From contig JBGQBI010000004.1 of assembly GCA_041494705.1 (NCBI GenBank), forward strand, positions 1 through 32,000: 32,000 bases of DNA. The letters are read 5' to 3'. The DNA is from Candidatus Methanoperedens sp. Its GTDB lineage: Archaea > Halobacteriota > Methanosarcinia > Methanosarcinales > Methanoperedenaceae. Below, piece after piece: positions 18,435-27,297 of the stretch. A program made the translations under genes and the position numbers. The number at the start of each line of letters is the position of its first letter. Position 1 is the first letter of the stretch. Below the pieces are notes generated by a model. That model searched no databases, had not been told where the DNA came from, and worked only from the letters and a program-made list of their open reading frames with translations.

Positions 18435-18596
18435 AAAAGATAATATACTGTAAACCATAATATTAGATTGGATATAATTGCAACCAGAAAATAATTCAAG
18501 GGAGGGCTTTAAAGGTTTAAGAAGATAGCCCTTGTCACCGACGACTTCCCGGTATACCACTCAATTATCGAGGAGGCGCGTGGCCGTAAACTGGAT

Positions 18597-19274
18597 TTGC
18601 TTGTTCTCAATCCCGGACATCCCATTCCGGCGCATGTTGGCGTAGTCATTACCACGGAAAACGAATCTGAAAAAATTATTTTTGACCGCGATAAGATGAT
18701 ATTCGCAGACGGCAAACCTCATGCCGCTCTTGATAAAGCCCATTACATGTTATTCGGTGAGGATATTGAACAGGTAATAATAGGGATTGACCCGGGGAAA
18801 TATCCTGGTGTTGCAGTGCTGGGAAACAATAAAACAGTTTCTGTGCATCATGTTTCCGTGGGTGAAGTCTGCCCTCTCGTAAAACGGATTATGCGGGAAT
18901 ACGAGAATAAAAAAATCATTATCAGGATAGGACACGGGGCAAGACTTATACGGTCGCAATTGATTAACGGGCTCCTTGACCTTGGCCTTGAGGTGGAAAT
19001 GGTTGATGAGACAGGAACGACGCCGCATCTTGGAAAAGGCGTGCACGGCCAGGTAATCTCAGATATCATAGCAGCAATAAATATCGCCAGGCTTCCCGGG
19101 AAAAATGTAGGGAAACAGTATATAGAGCCTTCTTTGGGCGAAGTCAGGGTTATCCAGGAATCAAGCCGGGAATACTCAAATGGGCGCCTGACAATTCCAC
19201 GGGTTCTGGCCAGAAGGGTTGCAAAAGGGGAATTGACGCTGGATGAAGCCATGGAAAGGCATAACAATGATTAG
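18597..19274 (+). CDS. YqgF/RuvX-like RNase H-fold nuclease-family protein. The true start is probably upstream, since the frame is open from 18513.
   Basis: IIGIDPGKYPGVAVLG and EVEMVDETGTTPHLGK resemble the two acidic-residue blocks of YqgF/RuvX. The 28 upstream in-frame codons (RFKKIALVTDDFPVYHSIIEEARGRKLD) look like genuine protein. Confidence 0.5.
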   Translation: MLVLNPGHPIPAHVGVVITTENESEKIIFDRDKMIFADGKPHAALDKAHYMLFGEDIEQVIIGIDPGKYPGVAVLGNNKTVSVHHVSVGEVCPLVKRIMREYENKKIIIRIGHGARLIRSQLINGLLDLGLEVEMVDETGTTPHLGKGVHGQVISDIIAAINIARLPGKNVGKQYIEPSLGEVRVIQESSREYSNGRLTIPRVLARRVAKGELTLDEAMERHNND

Positions 19275-19298
19275 TTTTTTAAAAAGCATAGAATAAGG

Positions 19299-20420
19299 TC
19301 ATACCAAGTGTTTTTTGCCGGGAAGCCGTTTCCTTGTTGATTTTGTGGAAATCCACGCACCAGTAACTGCTATTAAAACTGCAATCCCGACCGTGCTGAT
19401 TAAGAACTCTCGCCCGTTATTGAATATTGGCCAACCAAGAGCTGCACTTATGACCAGGATATAAGTGCTGCCTGCCCAGAACAAAATTCCTCCCGCGAGT
19501 ATAAAAAAAGGATGCGACCAGTACCTTCCGATTTTTTCTTTTGCAAGATAGCGGTCAATTATATTCCCTGTGTTGATCAGGACTCCGGCAAGGACGTACC
19601 AACCTATCGAAGCGTTGATAAAACCCATAAGAAGAATCAAATAACCGACCATTATTTCCTGGTTATAATAATCCCAAACTTGAATTCCGCCACGTACGGT
19701 CCCGATAAGAGACAATATTATGGCTGCAAGATACATTACAAACGTAATTTTTCCGCCGTGGAGAGAGTTCATCATAGACGCCCTGAAACCATCAACGATA
19801 TCATCAAGACCGGTGCCGCGGTAGAGCATATAAATCCCGATTGCAGCAGTTATAGCCATAACCGCAACCTCGGGACGGTTATAAATCAATGAAATAGCAT
19901 AAATGAGAAATACGAGGCCAATAGGCACGAAAAATGTATGCGAGATTTTGGGGTCGTTAAACGCTTTTTTGATTATATAGTATGTGCTTTCAAGGTTTTC
20001 ATGCTGTTTTACGATTATCCTGTGAACAGCATCGACTTTTATTCTTGACTGGATGATGGGGAGCACGGATTCATCTTCTGCGCCGTCTGAGACAAGGATG
20101 GCGTTTTCGGGTTTTAATTGCAAAAGAATCCTATCAAGCTGCTCTGAGATTTTCCTGTCAGAAACAACCCCGACTTTTTTGTCCCCTGCTATTGAAACTA
20201 TCTCAATACCATTATCTTCCAAATCATTATTTTCCAAAATCAATCTGTCAAATAAATTTATTCCGCCGAAGATGGTATTGGTATCAGAATCTTCGGGGTC
20301 TATGGAAGCCAGTTTTACGGCAGCATCAATGTTGGCGGCGCGGCCTATTATCGGGCTTGGAACGCCCGCCTTCTCCCCGAGATCGTTATCCCTGTCAATA
20401 CATATGATAAGTGTATGCAT
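19299..20420 (-). CDS. DUF373-family archaeal integral membrane protein
   Basis: 373 aa. The N-terminus MHTLIICIDRDNDLGEKAGVPSPIIGR matches my recollection of DUF373/COG2237. The C-terminal half is polytopic. Confidence 0.65.
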   Translation of the reverse strand: MHTLIICIDRDNDLGEKAGVPSPIIGRAANIDAAVKLASIDPEDSDTNTIFGGINLFDRLILENNDLEDNGIEIVSIAGDKKVGVVSDRKISEQLDRILLQLKPENAILVSDGAEDESVLPIIQSRIKVDAVHRIIVKQHENLESTYYIIKKAFNDPKISHTFFVPIGLVFLIYAISLIYNRPEVAVMAITAAIGIYMLYRGTGLDDIVDGFRASMMNSLHGGKITFVMYLAAIILSLIGTVRGGIQVWDYYNQEIMVGYLILLMGFINASIGWYVLAGVLINTGNIIDRYLAKEKIGRYWSHPFFILAGGILFWAGSTYILVISAALGWPIFNNGREFLISTVGIAVLIAVTGAWISTKSTRKRLPGKKHLV

Positions 20421-20463
20421 TTATAAACTGTAATATCCATGTTTATATAAATAACATTCGCAC

Positions 20464-20928
20464 CTATTTTATAAAAAATCTCCACCACTCGATGGCTTCC
20501 ATTGACATGTAAACGATTGCGATGCTTTTGATTATTTTTGCTATTGATATTACTATCAGGAACTTTTTTGATTCATAGTTCTCAATCCCTGCAACCATGG
20601 GAGCAAGGTCGCCAACAATCGGAATCCATGGTGAGACTAAAAGTATCACGCCGCCATATTTACGAAAATACATCTGCATCTCTTCTTCTTTTTTCTTGTT
20701 ATGGAACGGTATTATCCTGCGCAGCTCATATTTCCCAACAAGGTAGCCAATTGATGCGCCGATTATAGACCCTGTTATTAGCAATATCAGGACTATTTCC
20801 GGGTTTTCTCCCATGCGAAGCAATGCAAATACTATTGGTTCTGTCGGTATCGGGATAATAGATGAAATGAGACCGATTAGGAAAAGACCTGGTAAGCCAT
20901 AAACTATGAATAATTTAGATAATACCAT
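20464..20928 (-). CDS. YqaA/DedA-like (SNARE-associated, VTT-domain) small membrane protein
   Basis: 154 aa with four predicted TM segments, a PIPTEP motif near the N-terminus and a LVSPWIPIVGD segment. Confidence 0.55.
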   Translation of the reverse strand: MVLSKLFIVYGLPGLFLIGLISSIIPIPTEPIVFALLRMGENPEIVLILLITGSIIGASIGYLVGKYELRRIIPFHNKKKEEEMQMYFRKYGGVILLVSPWIPIVGDLAPMVAGIENYESKKFLIVISIAKIIKSIAIVYMSMEAIEWWRFFIK

Positions 20929-20976
20929 TTATGAAGTTTAATTTGTTTTTTATACTATAAATAAATCATCAAAGTT

Positions 20977-23019
20977 TTATTTAGTACTCTCTTTTGCAGC
21001 CTGACCCGTTTTTTCCTCTTCAAGTTTCTTCTGCCATTCAATGAAATTGCAGTGAGGGCATCCGATTTCCCAGGGGCGCTTTCCTTTATTCAGAATCTTG
21101 ATAAGATATAGCCCGTGTTCTTTGCATTGCTTATCAGTCACCACAATCTGTCCGTTTCTGGGCAGGGGAAGTGTAAAATCACATTTTGGATAACCTGAGC
21201 ATCCAATGAATCGCGAGCCTTTTTTGGATTTCCGGATTAAGAGGTCGGATGAGCATTTCTGGCATATTCCTATTATCCTGTCCTCATACAACCCGTTCCT
21301 TAAAGACTCTGAAATGAGTTCTTTATTTTTGGACATGTCCTTGAACACTTCATCAAGCATGTCCCTGGATTCTTTAATCACGTAATCCTCTGTGATTTTC
21401 CCATCTGATATTTCATCCATATCATGTTCGAGTTTACTCGTCATTTCGGGTTTTGTGATGGTTTCAGCATACTTCTCAAGCGCTTCTATGACAGCAAAGG
21501 CTGTTTTTGTGGGCTGGAGGGGATTGCCGTGAACATAGGCTCTTCCGTAAAGTTTGGATATTATTTCATGGCGTGTGGATTTTGTCCCGAGCCCAAGGTC
21601 TTCCATAATCTTAATCAGATGACCCTGCCCGTATCTTGAGGGGGGCTGCGTCTCTTTTCCAGCAAGGTTTACCTCCTTTACGTTCAGGGATTGTCCTTCC
21701 GCAAGCTGCGGCAGTATCCTGTCTTCAGGCACATTATACGAATAATACCATCTCCATCCCGGTTCCACCAATCTTGCGCCGTTTGCCCCGAACTCCTCGC
21801 CGCTTATGTCCACGGTCACAGCCATGGTTTCCCACAGCGTCTCTTGCGCAAATGTTGCAAAAAAACGCCTGACTACGAGTTCGTATATCTTCCATTCGTC
21901 CTCGTTTAGCTCGCTCCTCTTAACAGGCGTAGCAGGATGGATAGGCGGATGGTCGGTGGTTTCTTTTTTGCCCTTAGTGGGCGTGAGATTTCCTGCAAGG
22001 AGCTTCTGTGCATATTCGCGAAATTCCGTGTTCAGGAACGATTCAATGATGCCCTTGGTGTCAAGGGTTTCAGGATAAACGGTATTATCTGTACGCGGGT
22101 ATGAGATAAACCCGTTGACATACAAATATTCAGCTATTCTCATGGCGTTTGCGGGAGAGACGCCGATTGCACTTGCAGCCCTCAGGAATTCTGTTGTGTT
22201 AAAAGGCGTGGGTGATTTTTCACTTCGTTTCCCAACAACAATGCTTTTTACTGTCCCAACTTTGCCCAGTTTTGCCAGGATTGCTTCAGCTTCAGCTTTG
22301 TCTAAAAATCTTCCCTTTTTGTGCTGGGCTTCAAATTCCCCGCCGTTCACCAGCGTCGCATATAGTTCCCAGTAGGGCACAGATACGAAAGCTTCCCGTT
22401 CTTTTTCCCGGTTCACTATAATGGCAAGCGTTGGCGACTGCACCCTGCCCACGGAAAGGAACTTATCACCGAGGCGCCCTGAACTTAACGAGACAAACCT
22501 TGTGAGAACCGAACCCCACACAAGGTCTATGACCTGCCTTGATTCTCCTGCCGCGGCAAGATTGAAATCGACTTTTGTAGGAGTTGCAAAGGCTTTTGTT
22601 ATCTCTGCCGGCGTTATGGTGCTGTAATGCACGCGGTCAGCGGGAATATCAGGGTTTACTTTTTTAATTACATTCAGCGCTTCCACGCCGATTAGTTCGC
22701 CTTCCCTGTCGTAGTCAGTGGCAACGGTGAGATGTTTAGCAACTTTTCCGAGTTTTCGAAGCGCTGTGACTATATTCGCATGAGTGGGAGTTGTCAAAAC
22801 ATCAGCCTGTATGAGTTCTTTCAAGTCGGTCTTCTGCCAGTTGTTATATTCTTTCGGGAAATCCACTTCCACAATATGCCCAGAAAGACCGATGACGGTC
22901 TTGCCGTCAAATTTATACGTATCGACACCGTTCACCCGTTCTTTTTCCGGCTTCTTTTCAGCAAGTATAGCCGCTATTCTTTTTGCAGTGTCGTGTTTCT
23001 CTGTTATTATTAAATGCAT
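20977..23019 (-). CDS. topA: DNA topoisomerase I (type IA) with C-terminal zinc ribbons
   Basis: 680 aa with a Toprim N-terminus (MHLIITEKHDTAKRIA, ATDYDREGE), active-site region GFISYPRTDN, and C-terminal CxxC...CxxC pairs. Confidence 0.93.
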   Translation of the reverse strand: MHLIITEKHDTAKRIAAILAEKKPEKERVNGVDTYKFDGKTVIGLSGHIVEVDFPKEYNNWQKTDLKELIQADVLTTPTHANIVTALRKLGKVAKHLTVATDYDREGELIGVEALNVIKKVNPDIPADRVHYSTITPAEITKAFATPTKVDFNLAAAGESRQVIDLVWGSVLTRFVSLSSGRLGDKFLSVGRVQSPTLAIIVNREKEREAFVSVPYWELYATLVNGGEFEAQHKKGRFLDKAEAEAILAKLGKVGTVKSIVVGKRSEKSPTPFNTTEFLRAASAIGVSPANAMRIAEYLYVNGFISYPRTDNTVYPETLDTKGIIESFLNTEFREYAQKLLAGNLTPTKGKKETTDHPPIHPATPVKRSELNEDEWKIYELVVRRFFATFAQETLWETMAVTVDISGEEFGANGARLVEPGWRWYYSYNVPEDRILPQLAEGQSLNVKEVNLAGKETQPPSRYGQGHLIKIMEDLGLGTKSTRHEIISKLYGRAYVHGNPLQPTKTAFAVIEALEKYAETITKPEMTSKLEHDMDEISDGKITEDYVIKESRDMLDEVFKDMSKNKELISESLRNGLYEDRIIGICQKCSSDLLIRKSKKGSRFIGCSGYPKCDFTLPLPRNGQIVVTDKQCKEHGLYLIKILNKGKRPWEIGCPHCNFIEWQKKLEEEKTGQAAKESTK

Positions 23020-23381
23020 CGTACCTCGGAATCGTGTGGATTAGAATATACCTTGCTTAAATAGGTTTCCCAAACCATAGATTTTTTGCCGTAACGGTAA
23101 TGTCATAAAAAAAGCGAGATAAGGCATTTTGAAGAGCCGCCTTATACCAAGAAATTTTACAAAGCAAAGAATTTTGAATTAATACTGTCATTGAGTAGAA
23201 TTAAGGAGATAGTAAATTTGAAAATCCTGTCTAATATGTAAGCTAAAAAGCTTCTCTGGATTTTCAAAATGGAGGAAATGATTATGCAATCGATGATGTA
23301 TTTGATGTTTGGTTCTTTCAAGGAAATGAACCGCGCCCTTGAAAGAGTAAGAAAAGTTCTTGAATCAGTAGAGTGAGAAAA

Positions 23382-24044
23382 ATGGTGCTGCCTTCCGCTG
23401 AAAAAGAACACATAAAAAAACACTTTGAAGAGATGGCTGGCGATGTGGAGCTTATCGTTTTCACGCAGGAGCTTGAGTGCCAGTTCTGCAAGGAAACGCG
23501 GGAGCTTGTGCTTGAGCTTGCGGCCCTGTCGCCAAAAATAAAAACAAAAATCTATGATTTCGTTTTAAATAGTGATGAAGACATAAAATACAATATTAAA
23601 AAAATCCCTGCCATCGCTATTGTGGGAAGCTCGGATTACGGCATAAGGTATTACGGCGTTCCCGCAGGGTATGAATTATCAGTTCTTGTTGCTGGTATAA
23701 TAGAAGTTTCAAAAGGCGTCTCATCTTTACCCGATACCATCAAAAAAAGAATGGCTGAGATAAAAAAGCCGGTTCATATACAGGTATTTGTATCGCCCAC
23801 ATGCCCTTATTGCCCGGCAGCGGCAAGGACAGCGTACCAGTTCGCCATCGAAAATGAGTTCATAAGGGCCGATGTTATCGAAATGACCGAATTCCCGCAA
23901 CTTGTCCAGAGGTATGGAATTATGAGTACTCCGCACGTCGTAATCAACGAGGATACGTCCTTCGTAGGGGCCCAGCCTCCAGAGATTTTTCTTGAGCAGA
24001 TAGGCATTGCTCTGCGCCGGGACTTCAATCCGATGTATTCATGA
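23382..24044 (+). CDS. Protein disulfide oxidoreductase-like protein with two thioredoxin folds (glutaredoxin-like)
   Basis: Two redox motifs, CQFC and CPYC, lie in tandem thioredoxin-like halves. I prefer the ATG at 23382 to the GTG at 23373. Confidence 0.78.
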   Translation: MVLPSAEKEHIKKHFEEMAGDVELIVFTQELECQFCKETRELVLELAALSPKIKTKIYDFVLNSDEDIKYNIKKIPAIAIVGSSDYGIRYYGVPAGYELSVLVAGIIEVSKGVSSLPDTIKKRMAEIKKPVHIQVFVSPTCPYCPAAARTAYQFAIENEFIRADVIEMTEFPQLVQRYGIMSTPHVVINEDTSFVGAQPPEIFLEQIGIALRRDFNPMYS

Positions 24045-24671
24045 AGAAATTTTTTTGGCCTGGATAATGAACTCATCCGCAAAAAGATTCTTCCACAGCA
24101 CCGCAAGCCCGTACCAGAGGAAATTTAATCTCTCCTTGAAAAGATAGATGCTCGGGGTAACATCCAGCCATACAATCCTGTATCCGGATTCCAGCGCAAG
24201 CCTTTTTGCAGAATTGAGATTGTAAAACCGCAGATGCGTCTTGTCAAACACACCGCTTTTTTCATATTCGAATTTCCCCAGAAAAATAGTCATTCTTGAG
24301 TGCCAGTTGACTATGTTCGGAACAGAATAAATTACGGAACCGTCAACTCTCAGGTATTTTTTAAGTTTCATTAAAATTTCAGATGGTTCTCTAAAATGTT
24401 CAAGGACATTTCCAAGAATGATATAATCGAAAAAACCACACTCATAAGGCAATTCTGCGGTTTCGATATCCACATTCAAGACTTCCACGCATTTGTTCTT
24501 TGATATGAATGCAAGGTTATGCTGTTTCTCAATACAATATACCCGGCATTTTTTCCTGATTGATAGAAGGTTGGCAAGAATACCTGACCCGGAGCCTATT
24601 TCCAGGACTTTTGAACCGCCGGGGATTCGCTCATATATTTTCAAGCGCGAGGTATAAGTATCGATGTACAT
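24039..24671 (-). CDS. Class I SAM-dependent methyltransferase
   Basis: 210 aa with motif I VLEIGSGSGILA and a later IILGNVLEH. Its 3' end overlaps the convergent PDO-like gene by 6 nt. Confidence 0.8.
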   Translation of the reverse strand: MYIDTYTSRLKIYERIPGGSKVLEIGSGSGILANLLSIRKKCRVYCIEKQHNLAFISKNKCVEVLNVDIETAELPYECGFFDYIILGNVLEHFREPSEILMKLKKYLRVDGSVIYSVPNIVNWHSRMTIFLGKFEYEKSGVFDKTHLRFYNLNSAKRLALESGYRIVWLDVTPSIYLFKERLNFLWYGLAVLWKNLFADEFIIQAKKISS

Positions 24672-24812
24672 AGGTGGATCATATTAATTTTATATTATTC
24701 ATTAGCATAATTTTTAACTATTAACCCATAAAACAATCTAACGGCTATAGATATAACCCTATTCCCGATTCAGGAAAAAATCGAACGAGATACAAAAACC
24801 ATTTTGAAATTA

Positions 24813-25289
24813 TCACTCATCTTTTCTGAATTTAACAGATTTGAAATGCGGTCCTCTCCAGTATACCATTTTCTCGATATTGATCTGCACAATCACATCG
24901 TTTTCACCGAGCGGTTTGTTCTCTATTACTTTCTGGTATTTGCTTTTAAATTCCATATAGATGTCATAGTATAATTGCAGCGTCTCTTCGGAAAGGAAAT
25001 AAATCGGCGCTTTTTCAGTAATCGTGGCCGTGCCCTGCGCCATTACGCCTTCGTTGTTGAACGGGTTTACCGAGTCCCTGATATCGACTGTTATGCTGAC
25101 GTTCGGATTTTCCGATATATTTTTGATCTTTTTTGATTTATCATTGGTGATGAAGAATATTTTCTGGGAATGTTCGTCATATACAAAAAATACTGGTGTC
25201 AGATGCGGCTGGTCATTCCTGTCGCTTGTACAGACATAACCGAAATAATTCCCGTATAATATATTTCGCATCTCAACAGGGATTTTCAT
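24813..25289 (-). CDS. Pyridoxamine 5'-phosphate oxidase-like (flavin/deazaflavin-binding split-barrel) protein
   Basis: About 158 aa from the ATG at 25289. It has the N-terminal pattern YGYVCTSDRNDQPHLTPVFFVYD and starts 2 nt after the stop of the upstream gene. Confidence 0.68.
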   Translation of the reverse strand: MKIPVEMRNILYGNYFGYVCTSDRNDQPHLTPVFFVYDEHSQKIFFITNDKSKKIKNISENPNVSITVDIRDSVNPFNNEGVMAQGTATITEKAPIYFLSEETLQLYYDIYMEFKSKYQKVIENKPLGENDVIVQINIEKMVYWRGPHFKSVKFRKDE

Positions 25290-25291
25290 GG

Positions 25292-26539
25292 TTACACCGG
25301 CACACTTATCTGTTTTGCCCCTCTCCAGTAAATTATTTTGGCAGGTTTCACTTCCACCAGTATCCTGGAAATGATAGGCGTCAACTGCCATGCTTTTGGC
25401 AATTCGGAAGTTGAATATTTCCTTGTATATTCAGGGTATTTTTTCATGAAAAGACGGAGCGTGGAAAGCATATTAATGAACCGCAGCGGGACATCAAGGA
25501 CCCCGTAGATTTTGGTTTCACCCATGAATAAGACAGCCTTGTTTTCGTATATGTTGCTCATATCCCTTTTATCTATCAAGAATGCGACTTTTTTGTTTTG
25601 TTTCAATGTTTTCAATTTTTTTGCTTCTTTTGATGTATTGAAAAAAATCTTCTGCCCGTCAAAAACATAAACCACGGGCGTGACATGGGTAATTCCCCTG
25701 AGGGATGTCCCGATATAAGCGAAACTTGATTCGTTTACAAGATTATAAATATCGGGCGGGAGCCATGGCACTTTTGATACGATATATGCCGAAATCACAG
25801 AAATCAGTGTTATGAAAACCATGAAAATTATTATACTCGCGATGAGAAAATTATCGGTCTGGAAAAGGGGTATCAGGAGAAGTGAGATTATCCCGAAGAA
25901 TGCATTATTAATATCCAGCCTTCGCAGTGAACGGAGTTCAGTGTAAGGAGTATGTTCAAGCTCTGTCCTTTTCTCAGCGATTTTCTTGAGCCCAAGCGAC
26001 CTCCAGAGCGCAAGGACGGATGTCCATATCCCGAGCCCCATCCTGTAGCATATATCCCAGATGAGCAGGCTTACAAATAGCAATAATAAAATATGCGGGC
26101 TTTTACCAAGCCAGTTTTCCAATAAATCCGGGCCGAAATAGAAAAGGTACAGCATAAACGGGATGAAAATGGCGATGCCGGGTATCGCTTCGTAATGATT
26201 CCTGTGGAAAAGTATTCCTTTATACCGCTCAAGCAAATCATTCTCATCTTTGCTTAACGGCGCCCTGAATTTGCGCAAAGTAGGTCCGAGCTGCAAGATG
26301 AGAAGGCTCCACGATACTGCTACAAGGATGGCAAGCGAGCCATAGAGCAGGGAAACCGTTTTCAGGTTAAAGATAAATCCGAGTGCCAGACCAATAACCA
26401 GAAGAAAGAACAATTGCAGGAGGATACTGTACTTGTACGAAACCAGTGAAAAAGGAGGTATCCTGCCTACGATTTCTTCGTATATCCATTTCATCTCCTT
26501 TTTTGTATTACCCATACGAGAACTTAAAATGTAAGGCAT
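25292..26539 (-). CDS. Fusion protein with an N-terminal polytopic membrane domain and a C-terminal PNPOx-like split-barrel domain
   Basis: 415 aa. There are about 6-7 hydrophobic helices in the first ~260 aa, followed by FAYIGTSLRGITHVTPVVYVFDGQKIFFNTSKEAKKLKTLKQNKKVAFLIDKRD, which parallels the downstream stand-alone paralogue. Confidence 0.62.
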   Translation of the reverse strand: MPYILSSRMGNTKKEMKWIYEEIVGRIPPFSLVSYKYSILLQLFFLLVIGLALGFIFNLKTVSLLYGSLAILVAVSWSLLILQLGPTLRKFRAPLSKDENDLLERYKGILFHRNHYEAIPGIAIFIPFMLYLFYFGPDLLENWLGKSPHILLLLFVSLLIWDICYRMGLGIWTSVLALWRSLGLKKIAEKRTELEHTPYTELRSLRRLDINNAFFGIISLLLIPLFQTDNFLIASIIIFMVFITLISVISAYIVSKVPWLPPDIYNLVNESSFAYIGTSLRGITHVTPVVYVFDGQKIFFNTSKEAKKLKTLKQNKKVAFLIDKRDMSNIYENKAVLFMGETKIYGVLDVPLRFINMLSTLRLFMKKYPEYTRKYSTSELPKAWQLTPIISRILVEVKPAKIIYWRGAKQISVPV

Positions 26540-26628
26540 GAATAATAAACTTCTCCTATAAATCGCTATCAGAGAACAAATCGATAATGTTATTTATGAC
26601 CAATACAATTGTTAGCTCCGGTGAAGGT

Positions 26629-27123
26629 ATGAAAAATATTAAATTAATCTCGATTATCCTTATCATATTATCATTGGCTTTTTTAGGGTGCGTTAAGGCG
26701 CCTGTAGCCACACCAACCCCGACAGCCACGCCAACTGCAACCGAGACCGTAAAACCAACGGTGGTCACGACAACACCCGCTCCCACATCCACGCCGGTAC
26801 CCCGGATACCTTTAATTTACAAGTCGTTTGTAGACCAGGATTATGGATTCAAAAGGGTAGTTGAAATCAATTATCGGCCATTTGTGTATCAGAATCTTAC
26901 ACTCAACATCTCTGCCGGAGATACCGTCATATGGGTAAACGATGCAAATCCGGATGAAAAGCTCACGATTGCCAGTGAACAGGGTTTATGGAATTATACA
27001 AGCGCTATTTTGAGATGGAACTATCAAGATTTCAATTATACATTCACCCAGCCGGGCACTTATGGTGTGTATATTAAAGAATATCCTCGCAAACAGCACC
27101 AGATAATCATCGTGAATCCATAA
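26629..27123 (+). CDS. Secreted lipoprotein with a Thr/Pro-rich linker and a cupredoxin-like domain lacking Cys
   Basis: Signal peptide with lipobox MKNIKLISIILIILSLAFLGC. The linker is PVATPTPTATPTATETVKPTVVTTTPAPTSTPVP. The blocks ISAGDTVIWVNDA and QPGTYGVYI are cupredoxin-like. Start taken at the ATG at 26629. Confidence 0.55.
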   Translation: MKNIKLISIILIILSLAFLGCVKAPVATPTPTATPTATETVKPTVVTTTPAPTSTPVPRIPLIYKSFVDQDYGFKRVVEINYRPFVYQNLTLNISAGDTVIWVNDANPDEKLTIASEQGLWNYTSAILRWNYQDFNYTFTQPGTYGVYIKEYPRKQHQIIIVNP

Positions 27124-27297
27124 AACTGCAATTAAAAATCAGTCACGAAGAATCATTAAGATTAAATCGTAAAGTTTATACATTAGAAGATAGGAAGAGA
27201 ACTTCCTTACAAAACCATTTTAGTATTGAATATAAGTCAAAAGAACTAGAATTACTGCATCGGCAGTAAACAGTATCAACAGTTAGGAGGCGGTTTT

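Noticed and set aside
23157-23423. 88-aa minus-strand ORF in the topA / PDO-like divergent intergenic region
   Set aside because: It is AT-rich with a low-complexity Phe/Ile/Ser translation in a promoter region, and it overlaps the better-supported + strand mini-ORF and the PDO-like start.
26556-26792. 78-aa minus-strand ORF with VGVAVGVGV repeats
   Set aside because: It is the reverse complement of the Thr/Pro-rich linker of the + strand lipoprotein gene, which has a proper signal peptide and lipobox.
26700-26810. Thr/Pro-coding region considered as a perfect tandem nucleotide repeat
   Set aside because: The units (acaccaaccccgacagccacgccaactgcaacc...) are imperfect and in frame within a secreted protein. 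An ordinary low-complexity linker is the simpler reading.
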